Virus record (IMG/VR): IMGVR_UViG_3300002835_000025
Origin: a virus
DNA length: 64,000 nucleotides
Strand: one strand, 5' to 3'
The notes under the pieces are model-generated. The model made no database searches. It saw nothing but the letters and a program-made list of their open reading frames with translations, and had not been told where the DNA came from. The translations under genes and the position numbers were made by a program. Positions 47,153-56,740 of this stretch are shown piece after piece; position 1 is the first letter of the stretch; every line of letters starts with the position of its first letter.

Positions 47153-47656
47153 ACACAGGAGCTTTACAGCAAACCTGTAGTTTCTGGTGGAACTGGTGTT
47201 TACTTATCTGCTGATAATATTTTTATTCTTGGAAGACAACAAGAAAAAGAAGGAACAGAAGTCATTGGTTATAACTTTATCATCAATGTAGAAAAATCAA
47301 GATATGTAAGAGAAAAATCAAAAATTCCAATTAGTGTTCTATTTGAAGGTGGTGTTTCTAAATGGTCAGGATTATTAGAAATGGCATTAGAATCTGGTCA
47401 TGTCATTAAGCCAAATAATGGTTGGTATTCTAGAGTAGATAAAATTACTGGTGAGCTTGAAGATAAACGATATAGATTAAAAGATACTATCAATAAAGAA
47501 TTCTGGCTTCCTATATTAGCAAAAAAGGATTTCCAACAATGGATAAAAGAATCTTATAAATTGACAGAATCAGAAATGCTATCTGATTCAGTAATTGAAT
47601 CAGAATTATCAAAGGTTGAATTAGAGGATTTGGAAAAAATTTCTGAATTAGTTTAA
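47048..47656 (+). CDS. uvsX: Split-intein C half fused to UvsX C-extein
   Basis: AGGAG RBS with ATG 47048; extein TQELYSKPVVSGGTG..SAD and NVEKSRYVREKS. Confidence 0.9.
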   Translation: MKIKSIKFNTRKADVYDIETPTHDYILKNGIISHNTQELYSKPVVSGGTGVYLSADNIFILGRQQEKEGTEVIGYNFIINVEKSRYVREKSKIPISVLFEGGVSKWSGLLEMALESGHVIKPNNGWYSRVDKITGELEDKRYRLKDTINKEFWLPILAKKDFQQWIKESYKLTESEMLSDSVIESELSKVELEDLEKISELV

Positions 47657-47679
47657 CTGTGTTGAGAGTGTATGCCAGT

Positions 47680-47708
47680 GTGTACACTCTCTATTTTTAT
47701 GATATAAT
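47680..47708 (+). promoter_or_regulatory. Early promoter
   Basis: GTGTAC-N17-TATAAT; -35 lies in one arm of the inverted repeat GAGAGTGTA/TACACTCTC. Confidence 0.65.
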
Positions 47709-47725
47709 AACATTTTGAGAATATT

Positions 47726-48016
47726 ATGACTACTAAATTCGAAACATATAACTACTTTGATGCTTCTGGAACAGAAGTTGTTGCATTAGAAATCCTAGAA
47801 GATAAATTCAAAGGCTCTATCTTTTCATTTGGAAAAGTAGAATTTCCAGACCCTAACGAACCAATCCTTAATTTTGAATATACTCTTCATCAAGGATATA
47901 TCTCTGATGATAATAAGGAAGATTTCAAAAATTGCTTGGGTGATATATTAGTACAAATTTTAGAAGAATCTCTTAAAGACAAAACTACTGTTTTTAAAGG
48001 TGGCATTGATGAGTAA
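47726..48016 (+). CDS. Conserved protein in the gp40 position
   Basis: Between uvsX and gp41; FKG...FGKV.F...L.FEY...GDILV. Confidence 0.6.
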   Translation: MTTKFETYNYFDASGTEVVALEILEDKFKGSIFSFGKVEFPDPNEPILNFEYTLHQGYISDDNKEDFKNCLGDILVQILEESLKDKTTVFKGGIDE

Positions 48017-49376
48017 GATAGAAACTACTATTTTATCTAATTTAATTCATAACGCTGAATATAGTCAAAAAGTTCTTCCATTTATTAAAAGAGAATATTT
48101 TAAAGAAAGACCTGAAATTATTGTAACTGAAGAAATTCTGTCTTTTGTTGATCAGTTCAATAAGATGCCAACTCAGGAAATCCTGTCAATTCAAGCATCA
48201 AACCGTCAGGATGTCAATGACCAAACTTTAGTAGAAGTTGAATACTTAATTAAGTCATTAGAGAATCAACCAACAAATGACGAATGGCTTATTGAAGAAA
48301 CCGAGAAATTTTGCAAAAACAGGGCAGTATTCAATGCAATCATTTCTTCAATGCAAATCATTGATGGCAAAGATAAAAAATATACTCAGGAAGCAATTCC
48401 AACCTTATTATCAGAAGCTCTTAGTATTTGTTTTGATACTAATGTTGGCCATGATTTCTTCGAAGATTCTGACTCTAGATTTGAATATTATAGAAGAGTA
48501 GAAGAAAAGATTCCGTTTGATATTGATATACTAAACAAAATTACTAATGGTGGTCTAGCAAGAAAATCTCTCAATATATTACTTGCGGGAACTGGTGTTG
48601 GGAAATCTTTGGTGATGTGCCATTTTGCTGCTGCAGCTCTAATGCAAAGTAAGAATGTGTTATACATTACTATGGAAATGGCAGAAGAAAGAATTGCTGA
48701 ACGTATTGATGCTAATCTTCTAAACCTAGGAATGTCAGAATTAAAGACTATAGAGCAGAATATTTTCTCTTCTCGTGTTAATAAGCTTAAACAGAAGTCT
48801 CATGGCACATTAATCATTAAAGAATATCCGACATCTACTGCTCATACCGGCCATTTTAGAGCATTGATTGAAGAATTAAAATCAAAGAAAAGTTTCTCTC
48901 CAGATATAATCTTTGTTGATTACTTAAACATTTGTTCTTCACAACGAATGAAATACGGAGCAGGCGTAAACAGTTATTCTTATGTGAAAGCAATTGCTGA
49001 AGAATTACGAGGATTAGCAGTAGAGTATAATGTTCCACTTGTTAGTGCTACTCAATCTAATAGAGAAGGTATCAATAGTTCAGATTTAGATTTGACAAAT
49101 ACTTCTGAAAGTATTGGTCTTCCTCAGACATGCGATTTGATGCTAGCATTAATTTCTACAGAAGAATTAACAAATCTTGGTCAAATAATGATTAAGCAAT
49201 TAAAGAATCGGTATAATGATCCAAGTTATTACAGCAAATTCATGGTAGGAATAGACAGAAATAAAATGAGGATATTTGATGTTGAATCAGAAGCTCAAAC
49301 TGGAATTTCTAATCACACTCCATTTGTAGCAAGATCTAACAAACAAGAAAAAGATACCTCAGGATTTGTATTCTAA
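48009..49376 (+). CDS. gp41: Replicative helicase gp41
   Basis: AGTGVGKS, ITMEMAEERIAERIDAN, IKEYPT, VDYLNI, SATQ and KQLKNRY. Confidence 0.96.
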   Translation: MSKIETTILSNLIHNAEYSQKVLPFIKREYFKERPEIIVTEEILSFVDQFNKMPTQEILSIQASNRQDVNDQTLVEVEYLIKSLENQPTNDEWLIEETEKFCKNRAVFNAIISSMQIIDGKDKKYTQEAIPTLLSEALSICFDTNVGHDFFEDSDSRFEYYRRVEEKIPFDIDILNKITNGGLARKSLNILLAGTGVGKSLVMCHFAAAALMQSKNVLYITMEMAEERIAERIDANLLNLGMSELKTIEQNIFSSRVNKLKQKSHGTLIIKEYPTSTAHTGHFRALIEELKSKKSFSPDIIFVDYLNICSSQRMKYGAGVNSYSYVKAIAEELRGLAVEYNVPLVSATQSNREGINSSDLDLTNTSESIGLPQTCDLMLALISTEELTNLGQIMIKQLKNRYNDPSYYSKFMVGIDRNKMRIFDVESEAQTGISNHTPFVARSNKQEKDTSGFVF

Positions 49377-49415
49377 AATTGATAAATAATTTATTATTGT
49401 CGAAATGGAATCAAA

Positions 49416-49907
49416 ATGAAAACGTATAAAAATTTTATTGCAGAACAAGACCCATGTTGGAAAGGATATGAACAATATGGAATGAAAAAGAAAAATGGAA
49501 AAAAGGTCCCTAATTGTATTCCCGAAAGTTTAGAAGAACAGTTTGATTTAATTGAAGAAGTAATTGAAGAACTATCATTAGAACACGGAATCGATTCTGA
49601 AATCTTTTGGGAAAACTTTGAAGAATTTACTGATGAAGAACTACTAGAATATGCTATTGATGCAAAAGGTCATAAAAGTTCTACTGGCGGATTAACTCAA
49701 AAAGGAGTTGATGCCTATAATAGAAAAACCGGCGGTCATCTACAAACTGCTGTTACTACTCCACCTTCAAAACTGAAACCTGGAAGTAAGGCCGCAAAAC
49801 GAAGAAAATCATTTTGTGCTCGCATGAGCGGAGTTGATGGACCTATGAAAGATAAAGACGGAAATCCAACTAGAAAAGCATTAGCCCTCAAAAAATGGAA
49901 TTGTTAA
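49416..49907 (+). CDS. Putative capsid-internal protein (DUF6321-like C-terminus)
   Basis: N-terminus MKTYKNFIAE resembles the T4 capsid-targeting sequence; PCWKGY..G.K..VPNC; GGLTQKG...RRKSFCARM. Confidence 0.65.
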   Translation: MKTYKNFIAEQDPCWKGYEQYGMKKKNGKKVPNCIPESLEEQFDLIEEVIEELSLEHGIDSEIFWENFEEFTDEELLEYAIDAKGHKSSTGGLTQKGVDAYNRKTGGHLQTAVTTPPSKLKPGSKAAKRRKSFCARMSGVDGPMKDKDGNPTRKALALKKWNC

Positions 49908-49929
49908 TATTATTTGGGTTCTAAAAATT

Positions 49930-49937
49930 TATAAATA
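49930..49937 (+). promoter_or_regulatory. T4-type late promoter
   Basis: TATAAATA. Confidence 0.7.
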
Positions 49938-49965
49938 GATTATTACTGTTATAGATGGAACCCAA

Positions 49966-51660
49966 ATGAAAACATACCAATCATTATTTAATCCAAAGAC
50001 TAATAAGATAGATTTTAAAAAGGTTGATCTCATTGAGTCTTTGGATAATTCTCCATATTCAAAGCATTCTAATCCAAATATCGAATTTGAAAAAACCACT
50101 GAATTAGATACTATTCGTGAGCAATACTTTCGCGGAGAAATCTTTAATGTGGGAGATATAGTTGAATCCAATGATACATATTTGGAAATACTTAGTAGAG
50201 GTAGCAATTACCTTACAGTTACAGATTCTGATGGTAATATACAACGCAAATGGCTTGTAGAAGTTAAGATGGTTGATGAAGAAACTAGTAATCTTTTAAA
50301 AGAAGATTTTGGTAATGTCACAACAAACCAAGTTACATATAAAGGATTTACTACTAAGAATTTTGATATAAGTAAAGAAGCAATCTTTGAATACACGAAA
50401 TTAACTCAAACACCGAACATTGATCCCGTAGCATTGCTTAATGCTATTAAGGCAACTGACCAAGCATTCGGTATTCAAAAAAGCATCGTATCGGGTTCAT
50501 TATCTATAGATGATTTCCATACATTCCAAAGAGCTCAACAAGTAGCCGTGGATATTCTTAAAAGATTGGGTGTCTATCTTCATCACGAAGATTACTTAAT
50601 GAATTCATATCACAAAATGGAATTAGCAGTATCCGATTATGGAAGCCAAGATTCTTATTCAGCAGGAAAAATACAAGAAATGACATACTCAAGTTCAGAC
50701 AAACTAAAAATTGCCAAGATTGTTGCTGGTACTCTTGGTGTTGATTCTGATTCTTCATCACCAGAAGAACTTATCAATAAGGCACTCAAAACACTTTCAA
50801 AGAATCCACTGAAATCTGATTCATTAAAGATTCTTAAAAATATGTTGAATACTGCCACTGAAGCAGGAATCATGTATGATAAGAAACTTATGCCGGCATT
50901 AGTAAAAGAAGATTCATCCAAATTAGTAAGCTCACAAAAAGTAAAAAGAGTTACTAATCCAGACCAAGTTCACCCAAACGATAGTGACGAAGATGACAAT
51001 GGCGGTCCAGGAGATCAAGATTCCGATGATTCAAAAAATACTCAAAGTGATTTTGACGATGAAAGCAAAGGTTCTCATAGAGTTGGAAGTACTATAGAAC
51101 CAAATGGAGATAAAGACTCTTTACGCAGAATGAAAATCAAATATAAATTACATGAAGATTCTGAAGAAGATGATTCTGAAATGTCGGATGACGAATTGGA
51201 TGATATGCTCAATTCCGTGTCTGATGAAGATATTCTAAGTACCTATGACGACGATGAACTTCATGTAGTTGACGATGAAGGAAACCATGTTGCTCATGTT
51301 AAAGACCTTGATGGAATGAACGAATCATATCTTACTGAAGTATTATCAAGAATGGAACGCATCAAAGCTGCTATAAGATTCAAACAGTCTCAAGGTAAAC
51401 GTATGCGTAAGATGAAGATTGCTTTGCATACTCGTTCTAGTCCACAAAGAATTAATCATCGAGCGCGTAATGCCGCAATCAATGCACTTAAAGCAAAACT
51501 TGCAAGGAAACCTTTGAGTCAATTGACCGTCCAAGAAAAAGAACGTATTGAAAGAATCGTAGCTAAGAAAAAGAAACTAATCGATAAAGCAGCAATGAAG
51601 TTAGTGCCTAAAATTAGAAAAATTGAAAATGCTCGTCTTCATCCAATCAACAGAGACTAA
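49966..51660 (+). CDS. Large modular late/head protein
   Basis: REQYFRGEIFNVGD domain; acidic linkers; many LxE sites; very basic C-terminal domain. Confidence 0.6.
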   Translation: MKTYQSLFNPKTNKIDFKKVDLIESLDNSPYSKHSNPNIEFEKTTELDTIREQYFRGEIFNVGDIVESNDTYLEILSRGSNYLTVTDSDGNIQRKWLVEVKMVDEETSNLLKEDFGNVTTNQVTYKGFTTKNFDISKEAIFEYTKLTQTPNIDPVALLNAIKATDQAFGIQKSIVSGSLSIDDFHTFQRAQQVAVDILKRLGVYLHHEDYLMNSYHKMELAVSDYGSQDSYSAGKIQEMTYSSSDKLKIAKIVAGTLGVDSDSSSPEELINKALKTLSKNPLKSDSLKILKNMLNTATEAGIMYDKKLMPALVKEDSSKLVSSQKVKRVTNPDQVHPNDSDEDDNGGPGDQDSDDSKNTQSDFDDESKGSHRVGSTIEPNGDKDSLRRMKIKYKLHEDSEEDDSEMSDDELDDMLNSVSDEDILSTYDDDELHVVDDEGNHVAHVKDLDGMNESYLTEVLSRMERIKAAIRFKQSQGKRMRKMKIALHTRSSPQRINHRARNAAINALKAKLARKPLSQLTVQEKERIERIVAKKKKLIDKAAMKLVPKIRKIENARLHPINRD

Positions 51661-51663
51661 AAC

Positions 51664-52101
51664 ATGGATAAGTTAATTGCAACCTCAAGAATAGTATTTG
51701 CTAACAACTTTGTGTTATACTTTAAAAGTGCTTCATATCATTGGAATGTAGAATCTTTCTATTTTCCACAATTCCACAATTTCTTTGGTGATTTCTATGC
51801 TGCCACTTATGGTGCTATAGATACATTAGCTGAATTCATTAGAACTTTTGATGCTTATGCTCCTATTAGTTTGACTGAATTGACTAGATACAAAACAATC
51901 AATGAAGATATGGTTAAACCAGATAATGTGAATGCTATGTTGGTTAATCTATATGAAGCTAATGTGTTGATGATTGAATCGTTGGAATCTGCATTTCAAG
52001 TATCACAAGAAGTAAATGAACAAGGTTATGCTAATTTCTTAGCAGACCGTTTAACAGCACATAAAAAGCATCAGTGGATGCTTAAATCAATTTTAAAATA
52101 A
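51664..52101 (+). CDS. dps: Dps/ferritin-like DNA-protection protein
   Basis: YHWNVE...F.QFH, D.LAE.IR and H.KH.WML. Confidence 0.88.
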   Translation: MDKLIATSRIVFANNFVLYFKSASYHWNVESFYFPQFHNFFGDFYAATYGAIDTLAEFIRTFDAYAPISLTELTRYKTINEDMVKPDNVNAMLVNLYEANVLMIESLESAFQVSQEVNEQGYANFLADRLTAHKKHQWMLKSILK

Positions 52102-52111
52102 GGAGAACTAA

Positions 52112-52975
52112 ATGTACACATCAGAATTAGAAGCATTACAATCAATCCAAGAAACTTATATTACTATGAATGAGTTATCAACAGCAACTCTTAAAAGTTA
52201 TAAAGATAAAGTACACAACACTTCGGGCAATGATGATAGAAAGGCAGGAAGTGATATGGCTTTCTCTAAAATGGTTTCGCATGGGGATCCTAAAGTCCAA
52301 TCTTCAGAAATTATTAGTAAAGCAAAATCTGAAATAAAAGGATTGATAGATCCTAAACATCACTCGAAATATCCTATAGATAAAATTACAGGCAATGAAA
52401 GCGCACGTAAAATTTATAAGCAAGCACACAGTGCTGGGCACTTAAAAGAAGATGTAATGGATGAATCAACTCATGATCTAAGTAATGTCAAGACTGATAC
52501 CTTGACAAGTCTTCACGCATTACATGCAAAAGAACCTAAAGGTACTCGTAGTTATGACCAAAGACAAAGAGTTGCAGCGGAACTCAAGAAACGTGGCATT
52601 AAAGTACAAGAAGATGTAATGGACGAAAAATTTGCTCATCCTAATCATAAGAAATTGGATGCTAATGATAACGGTAAAGTAGATGCTCAAGATTTTGCAT
52701 TGCTTCGTAAAAAGAAAGGAATGAAAAACTTTAAAGAGTTTAAAGAATCATTAGAACAACTTGATGAATTGTCAAAGAAAACTTTAGGTTCTTATGTCAA
52801 GAAAGCTAGTGCAGAATCAAATTTTGCTTCTAAAGTTGCAGGCAGTGCTAGTGCTGGAGAATATTCTAAAGATGCAATTGCCAAAGAAAAAGAACATTTA
52901 GCACTTGCTAAAAAACGTAGAACTGGCATTAATAAAGCAGTTGATAAATTGACTAAAGAAGATCTTGAAGATTGA
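52112..52975 (+). CDS. Putative capsid-internal polyprotein
   Basis: Repeated EDVMDE linkers; EF-hand-like DANDNGKVD; EQLDELSKKTLGSY module shared with gp22. Confidence 0.6.
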   Translation: MYTSELEALQSIQETYITMNELSTATLKSYKDKVHNTSGNDDRKAGSDMAFSKMVSHGDPKVQSSEIISKAKSEIKGLIDPKHHSKYPIDKITGNESARKIYKQAHSAGHLKEDVMDESTHDLSNVKTDTLTSLHALHAKEPKGTRSYDQRQRVAAELKKRGIKVQEDVMDEKFAHPNHKKLDANDNGKVDAQDFALLRKKKGMKNFKEFKESLEQLDELSKKTLGSYVKKASAESNFASKVAGSASAGEYSKDAIAKEKEHLALAKKRRTGINKAVDKLTKEDLED

Positions 52976-52976
52976 T

Positions 52977-53162
52977 ATGATTACCTTCAAAGAATTCATT
53001 ACTGAAGAAATGAAACTTGTCAACGGGAAACTTGCCATGACTTCTAAGAAGACCGGCAAGGTTCTTGCCTATTATAAAGGTCAACACAAGCATACTGACA
53101 GATGGTTTACTTCTCAGAATAAAAAAGAAGAATACGTTCCACCAATTACGGTTGAAAAGTAA
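52977..53162 (+). CDS. Small internal-protein-like, paralog 1
   Basis: MITFKEFITE leader; similar to the next ORF. Confidence 0.65.
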   Translation: MITFKEFITEEMKLVNGKLAMTSKKTGKVLAYYKGQHKHTDRWFTSQNKKEEYVPPITVEK

Positions 53163-53344
53163 TGATTACCTTCAAAGAATATCTTGAAGAAGTATTGAAA
53201 CAAGTAGACGGCAAGTGGGCAATTGTTTCTAAGAAATCCGGTAAACCTCTCGCATATTATAAAGGTGAGGGGAAACCTTCCGAAGAATGGTTCAATAAGC
53301 AAGAAAAGCGTATTGGATACTTCAAACATTTAAACAAAGGGTAA
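53162..53344 (+). CDS. Small internal-protein-like, paralog 2
   Basis: MITFKEYLEE leader; SKK.GK.LAYYKG shared with the previous ORF. Confidence 0.65.
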   Translation: MITFKEYLEEVLKQVDGKWAIVSKKSGKPLAYYKGEGKPSEEWFNKQEKRIGYFKHLNKG

Positions 53345-53348
53345 TCAA

Positions 53349-54089
53349 ATGGCAGAATTTGGTGATTTCCTAAAATTGATGTCTGATGCCAAATTGGCAA
53401 AGATACAAGAGCAATCTGAAAAAGAAAATAGATTGACTGAAATATCAGAACGGGTAAAGGAATCAAATCCATTCAAGTTTCATACGCTTGAAGAAGTTTA
53501 TATTGAACCAGAACCTATTATGGAGGAATTACCAGAATCTGTTTTAACCCCAGAACTAACTAAATTATTCAACGAACAATCTTATCAACAACCAGAAGTC
53601 GGTCCTGTTGATAATGATGTTAGACAAATTAGAGATAAGTTAAAATTCATAGAGCAATGGATGGGTAAGATTTCTCTTGCTGGTCCTGGTGGTGGTGAAG
53701 TGAATCTTCGTTATCTTGATGACATTGTAAGAAGTTCAATCTATGATGGTAGATATCTGAGATACAATGCAACCTTAAAGAAATTTGAGTTTGCTGAAGT
53801 TAATCCTCATGATATAGTTTATACTACCAACAATGTAACGACTTCTACATATACTATCTCATCTGATGATTATTATGTTGGTGTTACCTATAACGGACCA
53901 ACTACTATTACTTTACCTAGCAATCCAAGTTCTGGTCGAATGTTGATAATCAAAGATGAATCCGGTAATGCTTCAGTTAATCCAATAACTGTTTTAGGAA
54001 CTGTTGATAATGATCCAACCGGTTTCATTATTCAATTAGACAATGGTGCAATTCAATTACTTTATAGAAATGGCTGGAGAATAGTGTGA
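53349..54089 (+). CDS. Hypothetical structural protein
   Basis: GGGEVNLRYLDD and ITLP...GR.LIIKDESG.A..NPI fibre-like motifs. Confidence 0.55.
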   Translation: MAEFGDFLKLMSDAKLAKIQEQSEKENRLTEISERVKESNPFKFHTLEEVYIEPEPIMEELPESVLTPELTKLFNEQSYQQPEVGPVDNDVRQIRDKLKFIEQWMGKISLAGPGGGEVNLRYLDDIVRSSIYDGRYLRYNATLKKFEFAEVNPHDIVYTTNNVTTSTYTISSDDYYVGVTYNGPTTITLPSNPSSGRMLIIKDESGNASVNPITVLGTVDNDPTGFIIQLDNGAIQLLYRNGWRIV

Positions 54090-54703
54090 GTTACCTTTTT
54101 ACAAACAATCAAGAAATTAAAAATGATGTTGGAAATCCTATACCAGTATCGGGCACAGTAACAGCAAATGTTGGTAATATTATAACAGTTGTTACTTCTG
54201 AAGAAGCTGGTGAGTTGTATGCATTTAATAATCATGCTACGAATACTAATCGTGGCTGGACTATGGATAATACTATGAGACCATTGATTAGTTTTCAAAA
54301 TGGTAGTGCTAATTCTGCTGATATAATTAAAATTATGGAATACGAAATTGGTAATAATAATGCTAATCAATCTACTATTATCTATGAGTGGTATGAAGGT
54401 CCGTTGAATATTGCTGGTACAACTGTACCAGCTTGGACTACATTTGGAATCCATAGTCAATACCGAGTGTATCAGGATGTTTATTCTAGTAACCAAGGTA
54501 ATACATTTACTGTACCAAATGGAAATGGAACCTATATGAGACACAGTGGAGTTATTATTGGAAAGAATACTTCAGGTGATGAAGGTCCAGCAAGCATGCA
54601 TGGTGGAGGAAGTCCAAATATGTTAACACTTTGCATTAGACGGGTTGATAATGCCACTAAATTAGATGTTTGGTTTGCATTTACAGTTAAAGAACTAACT
54701 TAA
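54086..54703 (+). CDS. Hypothetical protein
   Basis: GTG start overlapping the upstream stop; GNPIPVSGTV motif. Confidence 0.55.
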   Translation: MSYLFTNNQEIKNDVGNPIPVSGTVTANVGNIITVVTSEEAGELYAFNNHATNTNRGWTMDNTMRPLISFQNGSANSADIIKIMEYEIGNNNANQSTIIYEWYEGPLNIAGTTVPAWTTFGIHSQYRVYQDVYSSNQGNTFTVPNGNGTYMRHSGVIIGKNTSGDEGPASMHGGGSPNMLTLCIRRVDNATKLDVWFAFTVKELT

Positions 54704-54744
54704 TATATTAAATAAATATATCTACAATCAATAAGGAGATAACA

Positions 54745-55329
54745 ATGAGTTTATGGGGAAAAACGGACGCTGATGCTAGCGTCCCAAAATATTTAAACGA
54801 AGAACAACGTGCAAAAGCAATCTTCATTGATAATACTGAAGCCGCTGATGCAGATACAAAAGCAAAAGGTATTACTGGTCCAGGTTGGTGGTTGTATGAA
54901 CAGTATAAAAATGCGGCTGGAGCAATCCGTCACAAAGCAGAATGCTTGATTCCAATGACCGTTACTGCAGTTGCTGCTGGCGACCGTACTAATGATGCTG
55001 GTATCGACACTGCGGGAACTTATGATATTACTTTAACAACTAAACCAGTTGCACGTTCTGTAACAGCTCCCGCTGCTACTACATTTGCAGTTGTTGCTGC
55101 AATCAGTTCTGGTGGTGGTGCATTGTCTTATCAGTGGCAAAGATCAACAGTTGCTAATGGCAACACTTATGCTAACGTGACTGATGCTGGTGTTTATACT
55201 GGTGCTACTACTGCTACATTAGCAATCAGTGCAACAACTGGTCTAAACGGATTCAAATATCGTGTTATTGTTTCGGCTACTAATGCTGTAAGTGAAACAT
55301 CACCCGCAGTCAAACTTACTGTAGCATAA
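54745..55329 (+). CDS. Virion protein with C-terminal Ig-like domain
   Basis: MSLWG start; LSYQWQ...GATTATL...NG.KYRVIVS; AGGAG RBS. Confidence 0.7.
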   Translation: MSLWGKTDADASVPKYLNEEQRAKAIFIDNTEAADADTKAKGITGPGWWLYEQYKNAAGAIRHKAECLIPMTVTAVAAGDRTNDAGIDTAGTYDITLTTKPVARSVTAPAATTFAVVAAISSGGGALSYQWQRSTVANGNTYANVTDAGVYTGATTATLAISATTGLNGFKYRVIVSATNAVSETSPAVKLTVA

Positions 55330-55330
55330 G

Positions 55331-55678
55331 ATGAAATTAAGCACTGAGAATTTTATACAATTTGCAATGAATTGCTATGAAAACCCTCAGTGCTTTTCCA
55401 TTAGAGAATTCGAATCAGACCTATGTAGATTCGATTATATAAATAAATTATTCAAGCGGTACGTTGAACAAGATACACTGAGAGAACGATTGATTCTGAA
55501 TCATATAATTGTTCTCTACAATGTATTTGGTGATAATGCTACCAAAATGTTACTTTTTAAAATAGATGATAGTTATGGTGATATGTTATTGCCATTCTTA
55601 TTGTATCTTAACAGAATACCAGAACAAGATTTAGGTCATCTGGATCCAACTATAATATCTGTACTTCGGAAACTATAA
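55331..55678 (+). CDS. Conserved T4-like hypothetical protein
   Basis: YENPQC...EF..DL and LRERLILNHII.LYNVFG. Confidence 0.7.
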   Translation: MKLSTENFIQFAMNCYENPQCFSIREFESDLCRFDYINKLFKRYVEQDTLRERLILNHIIVLYNVFGDNATKMLLFKIDDSYGDMLLPFLLYLNRIPEQDLGHLDPTIISVLRKL

Positions 55679-56184
55679 TGAGAATTATCGACAATCTCCT
55701 AGCCTATAGAATACTTTCAATGTTAGTAACTCCATTTGAAGAATCAGATGCATTCAAGTTGGGTATTATAGATGCTAAGGGTAAAATCCTCAAAAAGCAA
55801 AATCAACTCACTACTCCAGAAGAAAAGGATGCTTACACGTATCTTCAACGTCTAGTATTCAATCTTAAAAGATTACTCAATAAGTTACCAGGTGGAGACA
55901 AATACACCAAGAATCTTATTGCTGCTTATTTCCTAATCAAAGAATCATACCAACATAATGACGATTCAAATTTAGAATCAAGATTTACTACATTACTTGA
56001 AACCATTGACCAAAAGAATATCATATTGGTTGAAGAAGAAATCCTCGTTAAGAAATTCCTCGATGAAGAAGGTGGAGTACTTCCTGCTAATAATACTTCA
56101 GGTGTTGCTAATCCCGAATTCAAATTAGGCCAAAAGAAAGTCATTAAGAGAAAAGCTAATGTTCCTACTGAATCTAATTCCTGA
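55678..56184 (+). CDS. Conserved T4-like hypothetical protein
   Basis: LVTPF...AFKLGIID..G and AYT...RLVFNLKRLL. Confidence 0.7.
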   Translation: MRIIDNLLAYRILSMLVTPFEESDAFKLGIIDAKGKILKKQNQLTTPEEKDAYTYLQRLVFNLKRLLNKLPGGDKYTKNLIAAYFLIKESYQHNDDSNLESRFTTLLETIDQKNIILVEEEILVKKFLDEEGGVLPANNTSGVANPEFKLGQKKVIKRKANVPTESNS

Positions 56185-56740
56185 GTGGTTAACCTACCTT
56201 CTTAGTGGCATCTCATTCTTAGGACTTGTTCTAGGTGTATTGATACCAATTCCTGCTCATTACAAGATGGCTCTGTATTCTGGGTTAGGCATGTTACTAT
56301 GCCTGAATTCATTTGCTATAGGAGTTTCGGTAAACGAAGCAAACTGGCAAGTAAAAGTTAAAGATATGCAAATCCAGATTGCACAACTAGAAACCAAAAC
56401 TGCTGAAGTGACGACAAAAGTTGTTACTGAATATATAGAAAAAGTCAAAATAGTGGAAGGCAAAACTCATGTTATCATTAAGAAAGTTCCTGAATATATT
56501 ACCAAAGAATCTGATGCTAAGTGTAGTATCAATACTGGTGCTATCGAGTTGCTCAACGCTGCCGCAGAAAACAAAGTTCCCGAATCCTCCAGAACTTCTT
56601 ATGAAGGACCCTCCGATGTTAAACTCTCTACCCTTGTTGAATCCGTCAGTGGAAACTACGGTACGTACTATCAAGTAGTAGAACAACTTAAATCACTCCA
56701 AGATTGGATTAGAAAACAAAAGGATTTGAACAATGAGTGA
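56159..56740 (+). CDS. Inner-membrane spanin (Rz-like)
   Basis: N-terminal TM segments; coiled coil; IIKKVPEY...D..C; C-terminal QL..LQDWI. Confidence 0.75.
   Translation: MFLLNLIPEWLTYLLSGISFLGLVLGVLIPIPAHYKMALYSGLGMLLCLNSFAIGVSVNEANWQVKVKDMQIQIAQLETKTAEVTTKVVTEYIEKVKIVEGKTHVIIKKVPEYITKESDAKCSINTGAIELLNAAAENKVPESSRTSYEGPSDVKLSTLVESVSGNYGTYYQVVEQLKSLQDWIRKQKDLNNE
56469..56678 (+). CDS. Outer-membrane lipoprotein spanin (Rz1-like) embedded in the +1 frame
   Basis: Signal peptide with lipobox LSSC; Pro-rich mature part FPNPPELLM; start could be 56514. Confidence 0.75.
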   Translation: MLSLRKFLNILPKNLMLSVVSILVLSSCSTLPQKTKFPNPPELLMKDPPMLNSLPLLNPSVETTVRTIK

